Assembly: GCA_017856385.1 (NCBI GenBank)
Contig: JAFMFD010000007.1
Location: 1,156 to 65,155, forward strand
Origin: Actinomycetota bacterium
Lineage (GTDB): Bacteria; Actinomycetota; Actinomycetes; S36-B12
Length of the DNA stretch: 64,000 nt
Direction of reading: 5' to 3'
Below, piece by piece: positions 55,355-63,217 of the stretch; position 1 is the stretch's first letter, and each line of letters begins with the position of its first letter. Under the pieces are notes generated by a model. That model searched no databases. It had not been told where the DNA came from and saw nothing but the letters and a program-made list of their open reading frames with translations. Both the position numbers and the translations under genes were made by a program.

Positions 55355-55987
55355 GTGGCCGCATCCCCTCCGTCCGCCCAGGACGTCGCCGGGGCCGTGC
55401 TCCAGGCGGCGCGCCTGGCCTTCGCGGCGCGGGGGTACTCGGGCACAACGCTGAAGTCGGTCGCGGTCGCCGCCGGCGTCGCCCCCGACGTCGTGCGCTC
55501 GCTCTACCGGAACAAGGAGCAGCTGTTCGCGGCCGCGCTGACGCTGCCCTTTGATCCCGCTCGGGCCGTGCCGCGGCTGGTGGCTCCCGGGCTCGACGGC
55601 CTCGGTGCCCGCCTGGTCCGCCTGAGCCTGACGTGGCTGGACGACGACCAGGTGCGCGCCGACGTCGCCCGCCTGGCCGTCGGGCGCCCCGAGGCGCCGG
55701 CGGTGGGTGCCGCAGCGGCGTCGTCGACGCCCGTCGCCGAGCTGCGGGCCCTCTCGGAGTACCTGGCGACGGTCGTCATCGACCCGGTGCTCGCGACGCT
55801 CGGGGTGCCCGATGCCCGCCTGCGCGCCGCGCTCATCACCTCGCACCTCGTCGGCATGGCCACGACCCGGTACGTCCTGCGCATCGAGCCGCTCGCGTCC
55901 GCCAGCGAGGACGACGTCGTCCGGCTGCTGGCCCCGGCCATCCAGGACCTCCTCGACCCGACGCGCTCGCCCCGGGAGCGCGCATGA
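55355..55987 (+). CDS. TetR/AcrR family transcriptional regulator
   Basis: N-terminal HTH AARLAFAARGYSGTTLKSVAVAAGVAPDVVRSLYRNKEQLF. Confidence 0.85.
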   Translation: MAASPPSAQDVAGAVLQAARLAFAARGYSGTTLKSVAVAAGVAPDVVRSLYRNKEQLFAAALTLPFDPARAVPRLVAPGLDGLGARLVRLSLTWLDDDQVRADVARLAVGRPEAPAVGAAAASSTPVAELRALSEYLATVVIDPVLATLGVPDARLRAALITSHLVGMATTRYVLRIEPLASASEDDVVRLLAPAIQDLLDPTRSPRERA

Positions 55988-56892
55988 TCCGCGAGGCCCT
56001 CGCGTCCCTCGCCCGGCAGGAGTCGGTGAGCGGCATGATCTCGCGCACGCCCCTCGCCCGGGACCTCGTCGAACGCGTGGTCGGGGGTGACGACCTGCAC
56101 GATGTCATGCCCGTCGCCAGCGACCTCGCCGATCGAGGGTTCCACCTGGCCCTGGAGCACATGGTGCCGAGCGTCGAGGGCCGTGCGCAGGTGTCGGCCG
56201 CCATCGACGACTACGCGGCGGTCGTCGACGCGGTCGCCGACGCAGGGCTGGCATCGGTGAGCGAGGTGATCGTGTTCGCGGAGGCCCTCGGCCAGCACGT
56301 GCCCGGGAGCGATCCACGGGGTGCGCTGGCCGAACTGGCGCGTTCCGCCTCGGCGCGCGGCGTGGGCCTGCAGCTGGGCACCGGCGAGCTGGCCGACCTG
56401 CCGGAGGCCCTGGCGTGGGCCCGCGACCTGGTTGACTCCGGCACCGCTGTGGGCGTCACGCTGCCGGCCATCTGGCGCGCCACTGAGCGCGAGGTCGTCG
56501 CATGGGCCGATGGGCGGGTCCGGCTGGTCAAGGGAGCGCACGGCGGGGGTGGGGAGGTCCACCGTCAGCCACTGGAGACGGACAAGGCCTTCGTGCGCTG
56601 CGCCCGGACCCTGCTGCGGGGCGCCGGGCATCCCTCGTTCGCGACGCACGACCCCCGGCTCATCGCGATCGTGCAGGACCGGGCGGCGGCCTACGGCCGG
56701 GCCCCGCAGACCTTTGAGTTCGCGTTCTACCTCGGGCGCCAGACCGGGGAGCAGGACCGCCTGCTGGCAGCGGGTCACAGCGTGCGCGTCTACGTCCCCT
56801 TCGGCCACCGGTGGCTGGAGCGCCTCGTGGGAGGCTTGGCCGAGCAGCCGACCGGCATCGCCAGCGCCGTCCGTTCGCTGCTGCCCGTCTGA
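55984..56892 (+). CDS. proline dehydrogenase family protein (monofunctional PRODH-like)
   Basis: ATG 55984 overlaps the TetR stop (ATGA). VRLVKGAH, FATHD and FEFAFYLG resemble PRODH motifs RLVKGAY / ATHN / EFQML. Confidence 0.75.
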   Translation: MIREALASLARQESVSGMISRTPLARDLVERVVGGDDLHDVMPVASDLADRGFHLALEHMVPSVEGRAQVSAAIDDYAAVVDAVADAGLASVSEVIVFAEALGQHVPGSDPRGALAELARSASARGVGLQLGTGELADLPEALAWARDLVDSGTAVGVTLPAIWRATEREVVAWADGRVRLVKGAHGGGGEVHRQPLETDKAFVRCARTLLRGAGHPSFATHDPRLIAIVQDRAAAYGRAPQTFEFAFYLGRQTGEQDRLLAAGHSVRVYVPFGHRWLERLVGGLAEQPTGIASAVRSLLPV

Positions 56893-56924
56893 CGGGCCCC
56901 TCGGCACAACAGGAGGTCGATCCG

Positions 56925-57719
56925 ATGCGCATAGCCGTTCTCGGCGGTGGGGTCATGGGCGAGACCCTGGCCTCCGCCCTCGGCCAGGCCGACCCCGTCC
57001 CGGACATCGTCGTCGCCGAGAAGCGCCCCGAGCGTGCGGCCGAGCTCGCCGAGCGGCTCGGCGTGCGGATCGCGAGCCCCGTCGATGCGGTCCGCGGCGC
57101 CGATGTCGTCATCCTCGTGGTGAAGCCGCAGGACACCCTCGCCCTGCTCGACGAGGTGGGCGCCCGGATCGAGCCGGGCAGCACCGTCATCTCGATCGCC
57201 GCGGGCATCCGAACCTCGACCGTCGAGCAGGCCGTGCCGGCCGGCGTGCACGTCGTCCGGGCCATGCCCAACACGCCGGCGAGCATCGGCCAGGGCGTCA
57301 CGGGCATCAGTGCGGGAGCACAGTGCCCGCCGGAGGCGCTGGCGCTGGCCGAGGCTCTGCTGGCCCGCGTCGGCCTGGTTGTCTGCGTGCCGGAGGAGCT
57401 GCAGGACGCGGTCACGGCGGTGTCCGGAAGCGGTCCGGCGTACCTGTTCTACCTGGCCGAGGGGATGGTCGCGGCAGGCCGGGACCTCGGCCTCGAGGCC
57501 GAGGTCGCCCGCGACATGGTCGTCCAGACGCTGGTCGGGGCCGCGCTGCTGCTGCAGGCCTCGCAGGAGGATGCGGCGGAGCTGCGTCGGCGCGTGACGT
57601 CGCCCCAGGGCACCACGGCCGCCGCGATCGGCACCCTCGACGACCTCGGTGTCGGCGACGCGGTGCGTGCTGCGCTGACGGCGGCGCGGGATCGAAGTCG
57701 CGAGCTGTCCGGGGGATGA
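56925..57719 (+). CDS. proC: pyrroline-5-carboxylate reductase
   Basis: MRIAVLGGGVMGETL Rossmann, VRAMPNTPA, and VTSPQGTTAAA. ATG 56925. Confidence 0.9.
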   Translation: MRIAVLGGGVMGETLASALGQADPVPDIVVAEKRPERAAELAERLGVRIASPVDAVRGADVVILVVKPQDTLALLDEVGARIEPGSTVISIAAGIRTSTVEQAVPAGVHVVRAMPNTPASIGQGVTGISAGAQCPPEALALAEALLARVGLVVCVPEELQDAVTAVSGSGPAYLFYLAEGMVAAGRDLGLEAEVARDMVVQTLVGAALLLQASQEDAAELRRRVTSPQGTTAAAIGTLDDLGVGDAVRAALTAARDRSRELSGG

Positions 57720-57875
57720 CTGTGCGGCGGTCTGCACGCCCGTGAACCTCGTGGAGGGGATTTCGGGAATCAACTTTCCCTCGGGCCCCGAGGACCACTA
57801 GTCTGCGACAGCCCCGTGATCGTGGTCTCCGGAGGGAAGCCGGTGCGATGCGGCGCAGAGAGTGCGGTGCCTGAG

Positions 57876-58082
57876 ATGTCGACGAATCCTGATCGCTCGC
57901 TCAGCGATGTTCACTTCCTGACCGTTGCTGAGGTCGCGGCCATGATGCGCGTCTCGAAGATGACCGTCTACCGCCTGGTGCACAACGGCGAGCTGCCGGC
58001 CGTCCGCGTGGGTCGATCGTTCCGGGTCCCCGAGCAGGCCGTCTCGGACTACCTGCGCGACTCGTACGTCGAGACCGCCTGA
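57876..58082 (+). CDS. small excisionase/MerR-like HTH DNA-binding protein (Rv0500A-like)
   Basis: LTVAEVAAMMRVSKMTVYRLVHNGELPAVRVGRSFRV. It follows proC as in mycobacteria. Confidence 0.75.
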   Translation: MSTNPDRSLSDVHFLTVAEVAAMMRVSKMTVYRLVHNGELPAVRVGRSFRVPEQAVSDYLRDSYVETA

Positions 58083-58192
58083 TCCTGCCCTTCACCGGAC
58101 CGCCCCGGGCGCTGTGACGCGCCGCGGGTAGGCTGTCGCACTGCTCCACTGAGGAGCGGGTGCGACTGCACCCACGAGACAAGGGATCGTCG

Positions 58193-58291
58193 ATGGGCTC
58201 AGTGATCAAGAAGCGGCGCAAGCGGATGGCCAAGAAGAAGCACCGCAAGCTGCTGCGTCGCACGCGGGTCCAGCGCCGCAACAAGAAGTAG
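58193..58291 (+). CDS. 30S ribosomal protein bS22 (Rv0500B-like, 32 aa)
   Basis: ATG 58193..TAG 58289-58291 translates to [32 protein letters not shown]. This is nearly identical to the mycobacterial bS22 sequence I recall. It is not in the ORF track because it is under 60 aa. Confidence 0.85.
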   Translation: MGSVIKKRRKRMAKKKHRKLLRRTRVQRRNKK

Positions 58292-58350
58292 GGCGCCCGG
58301 CGGGTCCTGCAGCCTGCGGGTCGTCGTCGGCCTACGCGAAGTCGCCAGGG

Positions 58351-59352
58351 GTGGCCATGAAGCGCACCATCCTCGTCACGGGGGTCTCCCGGTATCTGGG
58401 CGGACGCATGGCGGCCCTTTTGGCAGCCGATCCGGCCGCTGAGGTCATCGGCGTCGATGTGGTGGCCCCGCAGAATCCGATCCCCGGGGTCGCCTTCGTC
58501 CGGGCCGACATCCGGAATCCCGTGATCGCGAAGGTCATGGGGGAGGCCCGGGTCGACACCGTCGTGCACATGGGCGTGATCGCTACCCCGAAGCAGGCCG
58601 GCGGCCGGTCCACGATGAAGGAGATCAACGTCATCGGGACCATGCAGCTGCTCGCCGCATGTCAGCGCACCCCGGCGCTCAAGCACCTGGTCGTGAAGTC
58701 GACGGCGGCGGTGTACGGCGCCGGGCCGAGAGACCCCGCGCTGTTCACCGAGGACATGGAGCCGCGGCATCGGCCGAGCTCGGGGTGGGCGAAGGACTCG
58801 GTCGAGGTCGAGGCGTATGTGCGCGGCTTCTCACGACGGCGCTCCGACGTGACCGTGGCGACGCTGCGGCTGGCCAACGTGATCGGCCCGGCGGTGCGCA
58901 CGGGCATGACCGAGTACCTGACCCTGCCCGTCGTGCCAACCGTCCTCGGCTTCGACCCGCGGCTGCAGTTCGTCCACGAGGACGATGCCCTCGCCGCAAT
59001 CGGCCGCGCGGTCGAGGTGCGGGCGCACGGCACGGTCAACGTCGCCGGTGCGGGTGTCGTACCGCTGTCGCAGGTGCTCCGGATCCTCGGCCGTCCTGGG
59101 ATCGCGGTGCCTGCTGGCCTGGTTCCGTACCTCGGCAGGGCGATCGCCTCGCGCGGGCTTGCCGACCTCTCCGGCGAGATGATCCGCCTCCTCACGTACG
59201 GCCGCGCCCTCGACACCTCCGCGGCCGCCGCGTTGCTCGGGTTCAGCCCGCGGTGGACGAGCCTGGCTGCGGTCGAGGACCTCGCCGCCGCGCGAACAGA
59301 CCGGTCCGCGTCCCCGGTCGGCGGACCGGTGCGGGAGGTCCGCAGTGCCTGA
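58351..59352 (+). CDS. NAD-dependent epimerase/dehydratase (SDR; Rv0501-like)
   Basis: ILVTGVSRYLGGRMA glycine-rich NAD motif. 333 aa. Confidence 0.85.
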   Translation: MAMKRTILVTGVSRYLGGRMAALLAADPAAEVIGVDVVAPQNPIPGVAFVRADIRNPVIAKVMGEARVDTVVHMGVIATPKQAGGRSTMKEINVIGTMQLLAACQRTPALKHLVVKSTAAVYGAGPRDPALFTEDMEPRHRPSSGWAKDSVEVEAYVRGFSRRRSDVTVATLRLANVIGPAVRTGMTEYLTLPVVPTVLGFDPRLQFVHEDDALAAIGRAVEVRAHGTVNVAGAGVVPLSQVLRILGRPGIAVPAGLVPYLGRAIASRGLADLSGEMIRLLTYGRALDTSAAAALLGFSPRWTSLAAVEDLAAARTDRSASPVGGPVREVRSA

Positions 59353-60349
59353 GGACTCGCGGCTCTCGGCGTCGAAGGCGGCCAGGCTCGTCGGCAACAC
59401 CGGCCCTCAACCACTACGAAGGCCCGTGGAGACGCCAGAGCAGCACGAGCAGCCCGAGCGGCGATCCGGTCCCGGTGCCGATGGCGTGTGGAGCGACATC
59501 GAGCTCGCGGAGCTGACGACCACCGACCCGGAGACGTGGGCCGAGTTCATCCGCCGTCGGATGAGCGGGGACTACCAGGTCGACGACTTCGGCTTCGACC
59601 CCGAGCTGACCGACCGGGTGCTGCTCGGCCTCGTGCGGCCGCTCTACCGCTCCTGGTTCCGGGTCGAGGTCACGGGCCTGGAGAACGTGCCTGACGACTC
59701 GGGCGCGCTGATCGTCGCGAACCACTCCGGAGTCATCGCATGGGACTCGCTCATGACCCAGGTGGCGCTGCATGACGAGCATCCGGCCCACCGTCACCTG
59801 CGCATGCTGGGCGCGAACCTGGTGTTCTCGACCCCGTTCCTCGGCGAACTCGCCCGCAAGGCCGGTCACACCCTTGCCTGCCATCCCGATGCCGAGCGCC
59901 TGCTGACTGCCGGTGAGCTCGTGGGTGTGTGGCCCGAGGGCTTCAAGGGGATCGGCAAGCCCTTCGCGCAGCGCTACAAGCTGCAGCGGTTCGGCCGCGG
60001 TGGCTTCGTGACCGCTGCCCTGCGCACCGGGGCGCCGATCATCCCGACCGCCATCGTCGGTGCGGAGGAGACCTATCCCATGATCGCCAATTCGGCACTG
60101 CTCGCCCGAGTCATCGGCCTTCCCTACTTCCCGATCACGCCGACCTTCCCCTGGCTCGGCCCCCTGGGCATGGTCCCGCTGCCAAGCAAGTGGCACATCC
60201 ACTTCGGCGAGCCGATCGCGACCGACGGGTACCCCGAGGCCTCCGCCGACGACCCGATGGTCGTCTTCAACCTCACCGACGAGGTGCGCGAGCAGATCCA
60301 GCAGACGCTGTATCGACTCCTGGTGGCGCGCCCGTCGGCGTTCGGCTGA
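59345..60349 (+). CDS. lysophospholipid/glycerolipid acyltransferase family protein (Rv0502-like)
   Basis: LIVANHSGVIAWD and VWPEGFKG blocks typical of PlsC-type acyltransferases. The start overlaps the upstream stop. Confidence 0.8.
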   Translation: MPEDSRLSASKAARLVGNTGPQPLRRPVETPEQHEQPERRSGPGADGVWSDIELAELTTTDPETWAEFIRRRMSGDYQVDDFGFDPELTDRVLLGLVRPLYRSWFRVEVTGLENVPDDSGALIVANHSGVIAWDSLMTQVALHDEHPAHRHLRMLGANLVFSTPFLGELARKAGHTLACHPDAERLLTAGELVGVWPEGFKGIGKPFAQRYKLQRFGRGGFVTAALRTGAPIIPTAIVGAEETYPMIANSALLARVIGLPYFPITPTFPWLGPLGMVPLPSKWHIHFGEPIATDGYPEASADDPMVVFNLTDEVREQIQQTLYRLLVARPSAFG

Positions 60350-60352
60350 GGC

Positions 60353-61249
60353 TCAGACGCGACGCGCGCGGGCGCTGACGTAGCCGATGGCCATTCCTGC
60401 GGCGATGCCGGCGGCCCCGGCGGCTGCAGGAAGGGCGTAGCGCTTGACCTGCTCGCGTCGGCGGAAGTCACGGATCGGCCAGCCGTTGTCGCGCGCATGG
60501 TCGCGCAGGGTGGCATCCGGATTTACGGCGACGGGCCGTCCGACCAGCGAGAGCATCGGGATGTCGTTGGACGAGTCGGAGTAGGCCGAACACAGCTCCA
60601 GGTCCAGGCCCTCACGCTGCGCGATGGCGCGGATGGCCTCGGCCTTGGCCAGACCGTGCAGGGGCGGACCGTCGAGGTGTCCGGTGTACTTGCCGTCGCG
60701 GATCTCGGAGACCGTGCCGAGTGCGCCGGTGAGCCCGAGCCGCTGGGCGATGACGGTGGCCAGCTCGACAGGCGTGGCGGTGACCAGCCAGACCTGCTCG
60801 CCCGCGTCGAGGTGGCCCTGCGCGAGGGCGAGCGTCCCGGGGATCAGCTTGTCGATCATGGTGTCGTCGAAGATTTCCTGCCCGAGCTGCGCGAGCTCCT
60901 TCACAGAGCGTCCCTGGACGAAGGAGAGAGCGGCCTCCGTCGCCGATGCCATGTCCTCGAGGTCCTCCGACCCGCTGAGCACGAACTTCAGTTGCTTGAC
61001 TGCGAAGCCCACGATCTCGTGGCCGCTGAAGTAGTTGCGTCGGGCCAGGCCGACGGCAAGGTGGAACAGACTCGCTCCGCGCATGATGGTGTTGTCGACA
61101 TCGAAGAACGCTGCGGCCGACGTCGTGCGCTCGGTGTCCCCTTCGACGGCGTGCGGTGATGCCGCGACCGCCGACGCCTGACCTGCGCGGCGGTACCGCG
61201 ACAGTACGTCGGAGTGCTCGGGGACGGGCACCTCGTCAGGGTGATCCAC
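60353..61249 (-). CDS. HAD-IB family hydrolase (SerB-like phosphatase)
   Basis: DxDxT motif FFDVDNTI, later TATP, and AYSDSSNDIPML. Confidence 0.8.
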   Translation of the reverse strand: MDHPDEVPVPEHSDVLSRYRRAGQASAVAASPHAVEGDTERTTSAAAFFDVDNTIMRGASLFHLAVGLARRNYFSGHEIVGFAVKQLKFVLSGSEDLEDMASATEAALSFVQGRSVKELAQLGQEIFDDTMIDKLIPGTLALAQGHLDAGEQVWLVTATPVELATVIAQRLGLTGALGTVSEIRDGKYTGHLDGPPLHGLAKAEAIRAIAQREGLDLELCSAYSDSSNDIPMLSLVGRPVAVNPDATLRDHARDNGWPIRDFRRREQVKRYALPAAAGAAGIAAGMAIGYVSARARRV

Positions 61250-61329
61250 CCGAGGAGACTATCCAGCGACGGACGGGCCTGTGCGACACTCGTGGAGTGC
61301 GCTGGGCGCCGTGCCCGAGGGGAGAGTCG

Positions 61330-62862
61330 ATGAACGCCAACGTCGCCGGCTTCCTGCGGGAGACGGCCCGTCGGGACCCGCAGGGGACCGGCCTGGTGGT
61401 CGGGGAGCGCCGGATGACGTGGGCGCAGGTCGATGCCGAGGTTGATGCGCTCGCCGCGGGCCTCGTCCAGCGCGGACTCCACGCCGGAGACCGCATCGCG
61501 CTGCTGCTCGGCAACAGCGCCGAGTTCGTCGTCGCCTACTTCGGTGCTGCGCGCGCCGGACTGGTCAGCGTGCCGATGAACCCGGCTTCCAGCGCTGCCG
61601 AGGTCGCGGTGCTGCTCGCCGATGCCGGCGCGCGCGTGCTGCTGGTGCAGCCGAGCACCCTGGAGGTGGGGTCGCAGGCGGCCGCCGCCCTCCCGGGCTG
61701 CGAGGTCATCGAGGCCGGAGGCGCCGAGTGGCAGTCGATCATCGCCGCCGGACGCGGAGCCGTCCTCGCGGAGCCCGCGACGTCGCAGGACGCGCTTGCC
61801 CTCCTGCTCTTCACGGCCGGCACGAGCGGGCGACCGAAGGGTGCGATGCTCACGCACGGCGCCCTGCGCTCGAACATCGAGATGCTGCTCTCGCTCGACT
61901 CGCCCCCGGCTGTCACGCCGGACGACGTCGTCCTGCTCCTCCTGCCGATGTTCCACGTCTACGGGCTGAACACCGGCCTCGGCCTGGCCGTCGCAGCGGG
62001 CGCGACAATCGTGATCAGCGACCGGTTCGATCCCGAGGAGTCCCTCGCTACGGTGCGGGACCTCGGCGTCACCACGATCCCCGCAGCGCCCGCGATGTTC
62101 CAGGCGTGGTCGGGAGTCCCCGATGCGCGCGAGGCGCTGGCAGCTGTCCGGCTGCTGTCGAGCGGTGGCTCGCCCCTGCCGGCCGACGTGCTCGAGCGGT
62201 TCACCTCGCACGCGGGCCACGACGTCTTCGAGGGCTACGGCATGACGGAGACGGCCCCGGTGGTCGCGACGACGCTGGTCTCGGGGTCGGCCAAGCCCGG
62301 CTCGGTGGGTCGGCCGCTGCCGGGCCTCCAGGTGCGACTGGTCGACGACACCGGACCGGGCGGCAGTGGCCGGGACGTCGACGAGGGGGATCCCGGCGAA
62401 CTCTGGGTGCGGGGCCCGAGCATCTTCAGCGGCTACTGGCCGAACGGCGAGGGAGGTCCCGACGCCGACGGGTGGTTCCGCTCCGGCGACGTGGCGTACC
62501 TCGACGAGGACGGCGACCTGCATCTCGTCGATCGACGCCGAGAGGTGATCCTCGTGAACGGCTTCTCGGTCTACCCGCGCGAGATCGAGCTCGTCATCGA
62601 CCAGATGCCCGAGGTGCGGGAGTCGGCGGTCGTTGGTGTTCCCGACGATGCGAGCGGCGAGGCGGTGACGGCCCTGGTCGTGTGCCGGCCGGGTGCGAGC
62701 GCGACGGTGGAGCAGATCGCGCAGTTCTGCGCCGAGCGGCTCGCTCGCTTCAAGTGCCCGACCACGATCCGCATCGTCGATGCGCTGCCGCACTCCGCCA
62801 CCGGGCGCGTGGCCAAGGGCCGCCTGCGCGAGGTCTACGGCGACGCGGGCTACGGGGCATGA
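61330..62862 (+). CDS. AMP-dependent synthetase/ligase (acyl-CoA synthetase)
   Basis: AMP-binding motif LLFTAGTSGRPKGAMLTH, YGMTE, GDVAYLDEDG. ATG 61330. Confidence 0.9.
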   Translation: MNANVAGFLRETARRDPQGTGLVVGERRMTWAQVDAEVDALAAGLVQRGLHAGDRIALLLGNSAEFVVAYFGAARAGLVSVPMNPASSAAEVAVLLADAGARVLLVQPSTLEVGSQAAAALPGCEVIEAGGAEWQSIIAAGRGAVLAEPATSQDALALLLFTAGTSGRPKGAMLTHGALRSNIEMLLSLDSPPAVTPDDVVLLLLPMFHVYGLNTGLGLAVAAGATIVISDRFDPEESLATVRDLGVTTIPAAPAMFQAWSGVPDAREALAAVRLLSSGGSPLPADVLERFTSHAGHDVFEGYGMTETAPVVATTLVSGSAKPGSVGRPLPGLQVRLVDDTGPGGSGRDVDEGDPGELWVRGPSIFSGYWPNGEGGPDADGWFRSGDVAYLDEDGDLHLVDRRREVILVNGFSVYPREIELVIDQMPEVRESAVVGVPDDASGEAVTALVVCRPGASATVEQIAQFCAERLARFKCPTTIRIVDALPHSATGRVAKGRLREVYGDAGYGA

Positions 62863-63116
62863 CATCCGCGTCGGTGCCTGACGCGCGGGTCACCCTGATC
62901 GGCAAGCCGGGCTGCCACCTGTGCGAGGACGCCCGGGCCGTGGTCGTGGCGGTGTGCGCGGAGCGGGGCGCCACGTGGCACGAGTGGTCGATCGAGGACG
63001 ATCCCTCGCTGTACGAGGAGTACTGGGACCGGATCCCGGTGGTCCTGGTCGACGGGCGACCCCACGACTTCTGGCGGATCGACCCGGTACGGCTGCGGAC
63101 GGCGCTCGCAGGCTGA
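62859..63116 (+). CDS. glutaredoxin-like small redox protein
   Basis: ATG 62859 overlaps the upstream stop (ATGA). CHLC active site. 85 aa. It is hidden in track ORF 61728-63116. Confidence 0.75.
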   Translation: MTSASVPDARVTLIGKPGCHLCEDARAVVVAVCAERGATWHEWSIEDDPSLYEEYWDRIPVVLVDGRPHDFWRIDPVRLRTALAG

Positions 63117-63140
63117 CCACCCGGCTAGGTAACCGATTAA

Positions 63141-63156
63141 CGGACGTCAGCGTCCG
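63141..63156 (+). terminator. short hairpin CGGACG-TCAG-CGTCCG downstream of the glutaredoxin-like gene
   Basis: Perfect 6-bp stem and 4-nt loop, followed by GTCAACTTTG. This is weak as an intrinsic terminator. Confidence 0.3.
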
Positions 63157-63163
63157 GTCAACT

Positions 63164-63181
63164 TTGTGACTTCGTTACGAA
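63164..63181. promoter_or_regulatory. weak candidate Rex operator (ROP-like)
   Basis: TTGTGAC-TTCG-TTACGAA against the ROP consensus TTGTGAA-N4-TTCACAA. The left half matches 6 of 7 and the right half only 4 of 7. It contains the inner palindrome TTCGT-T-ACGAA. Confidence 0.25.
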
Positions 63182-63217
63182 TTCCCTAACCTACGGGGGC
63201 GTCGGAACGGCCTCCCG

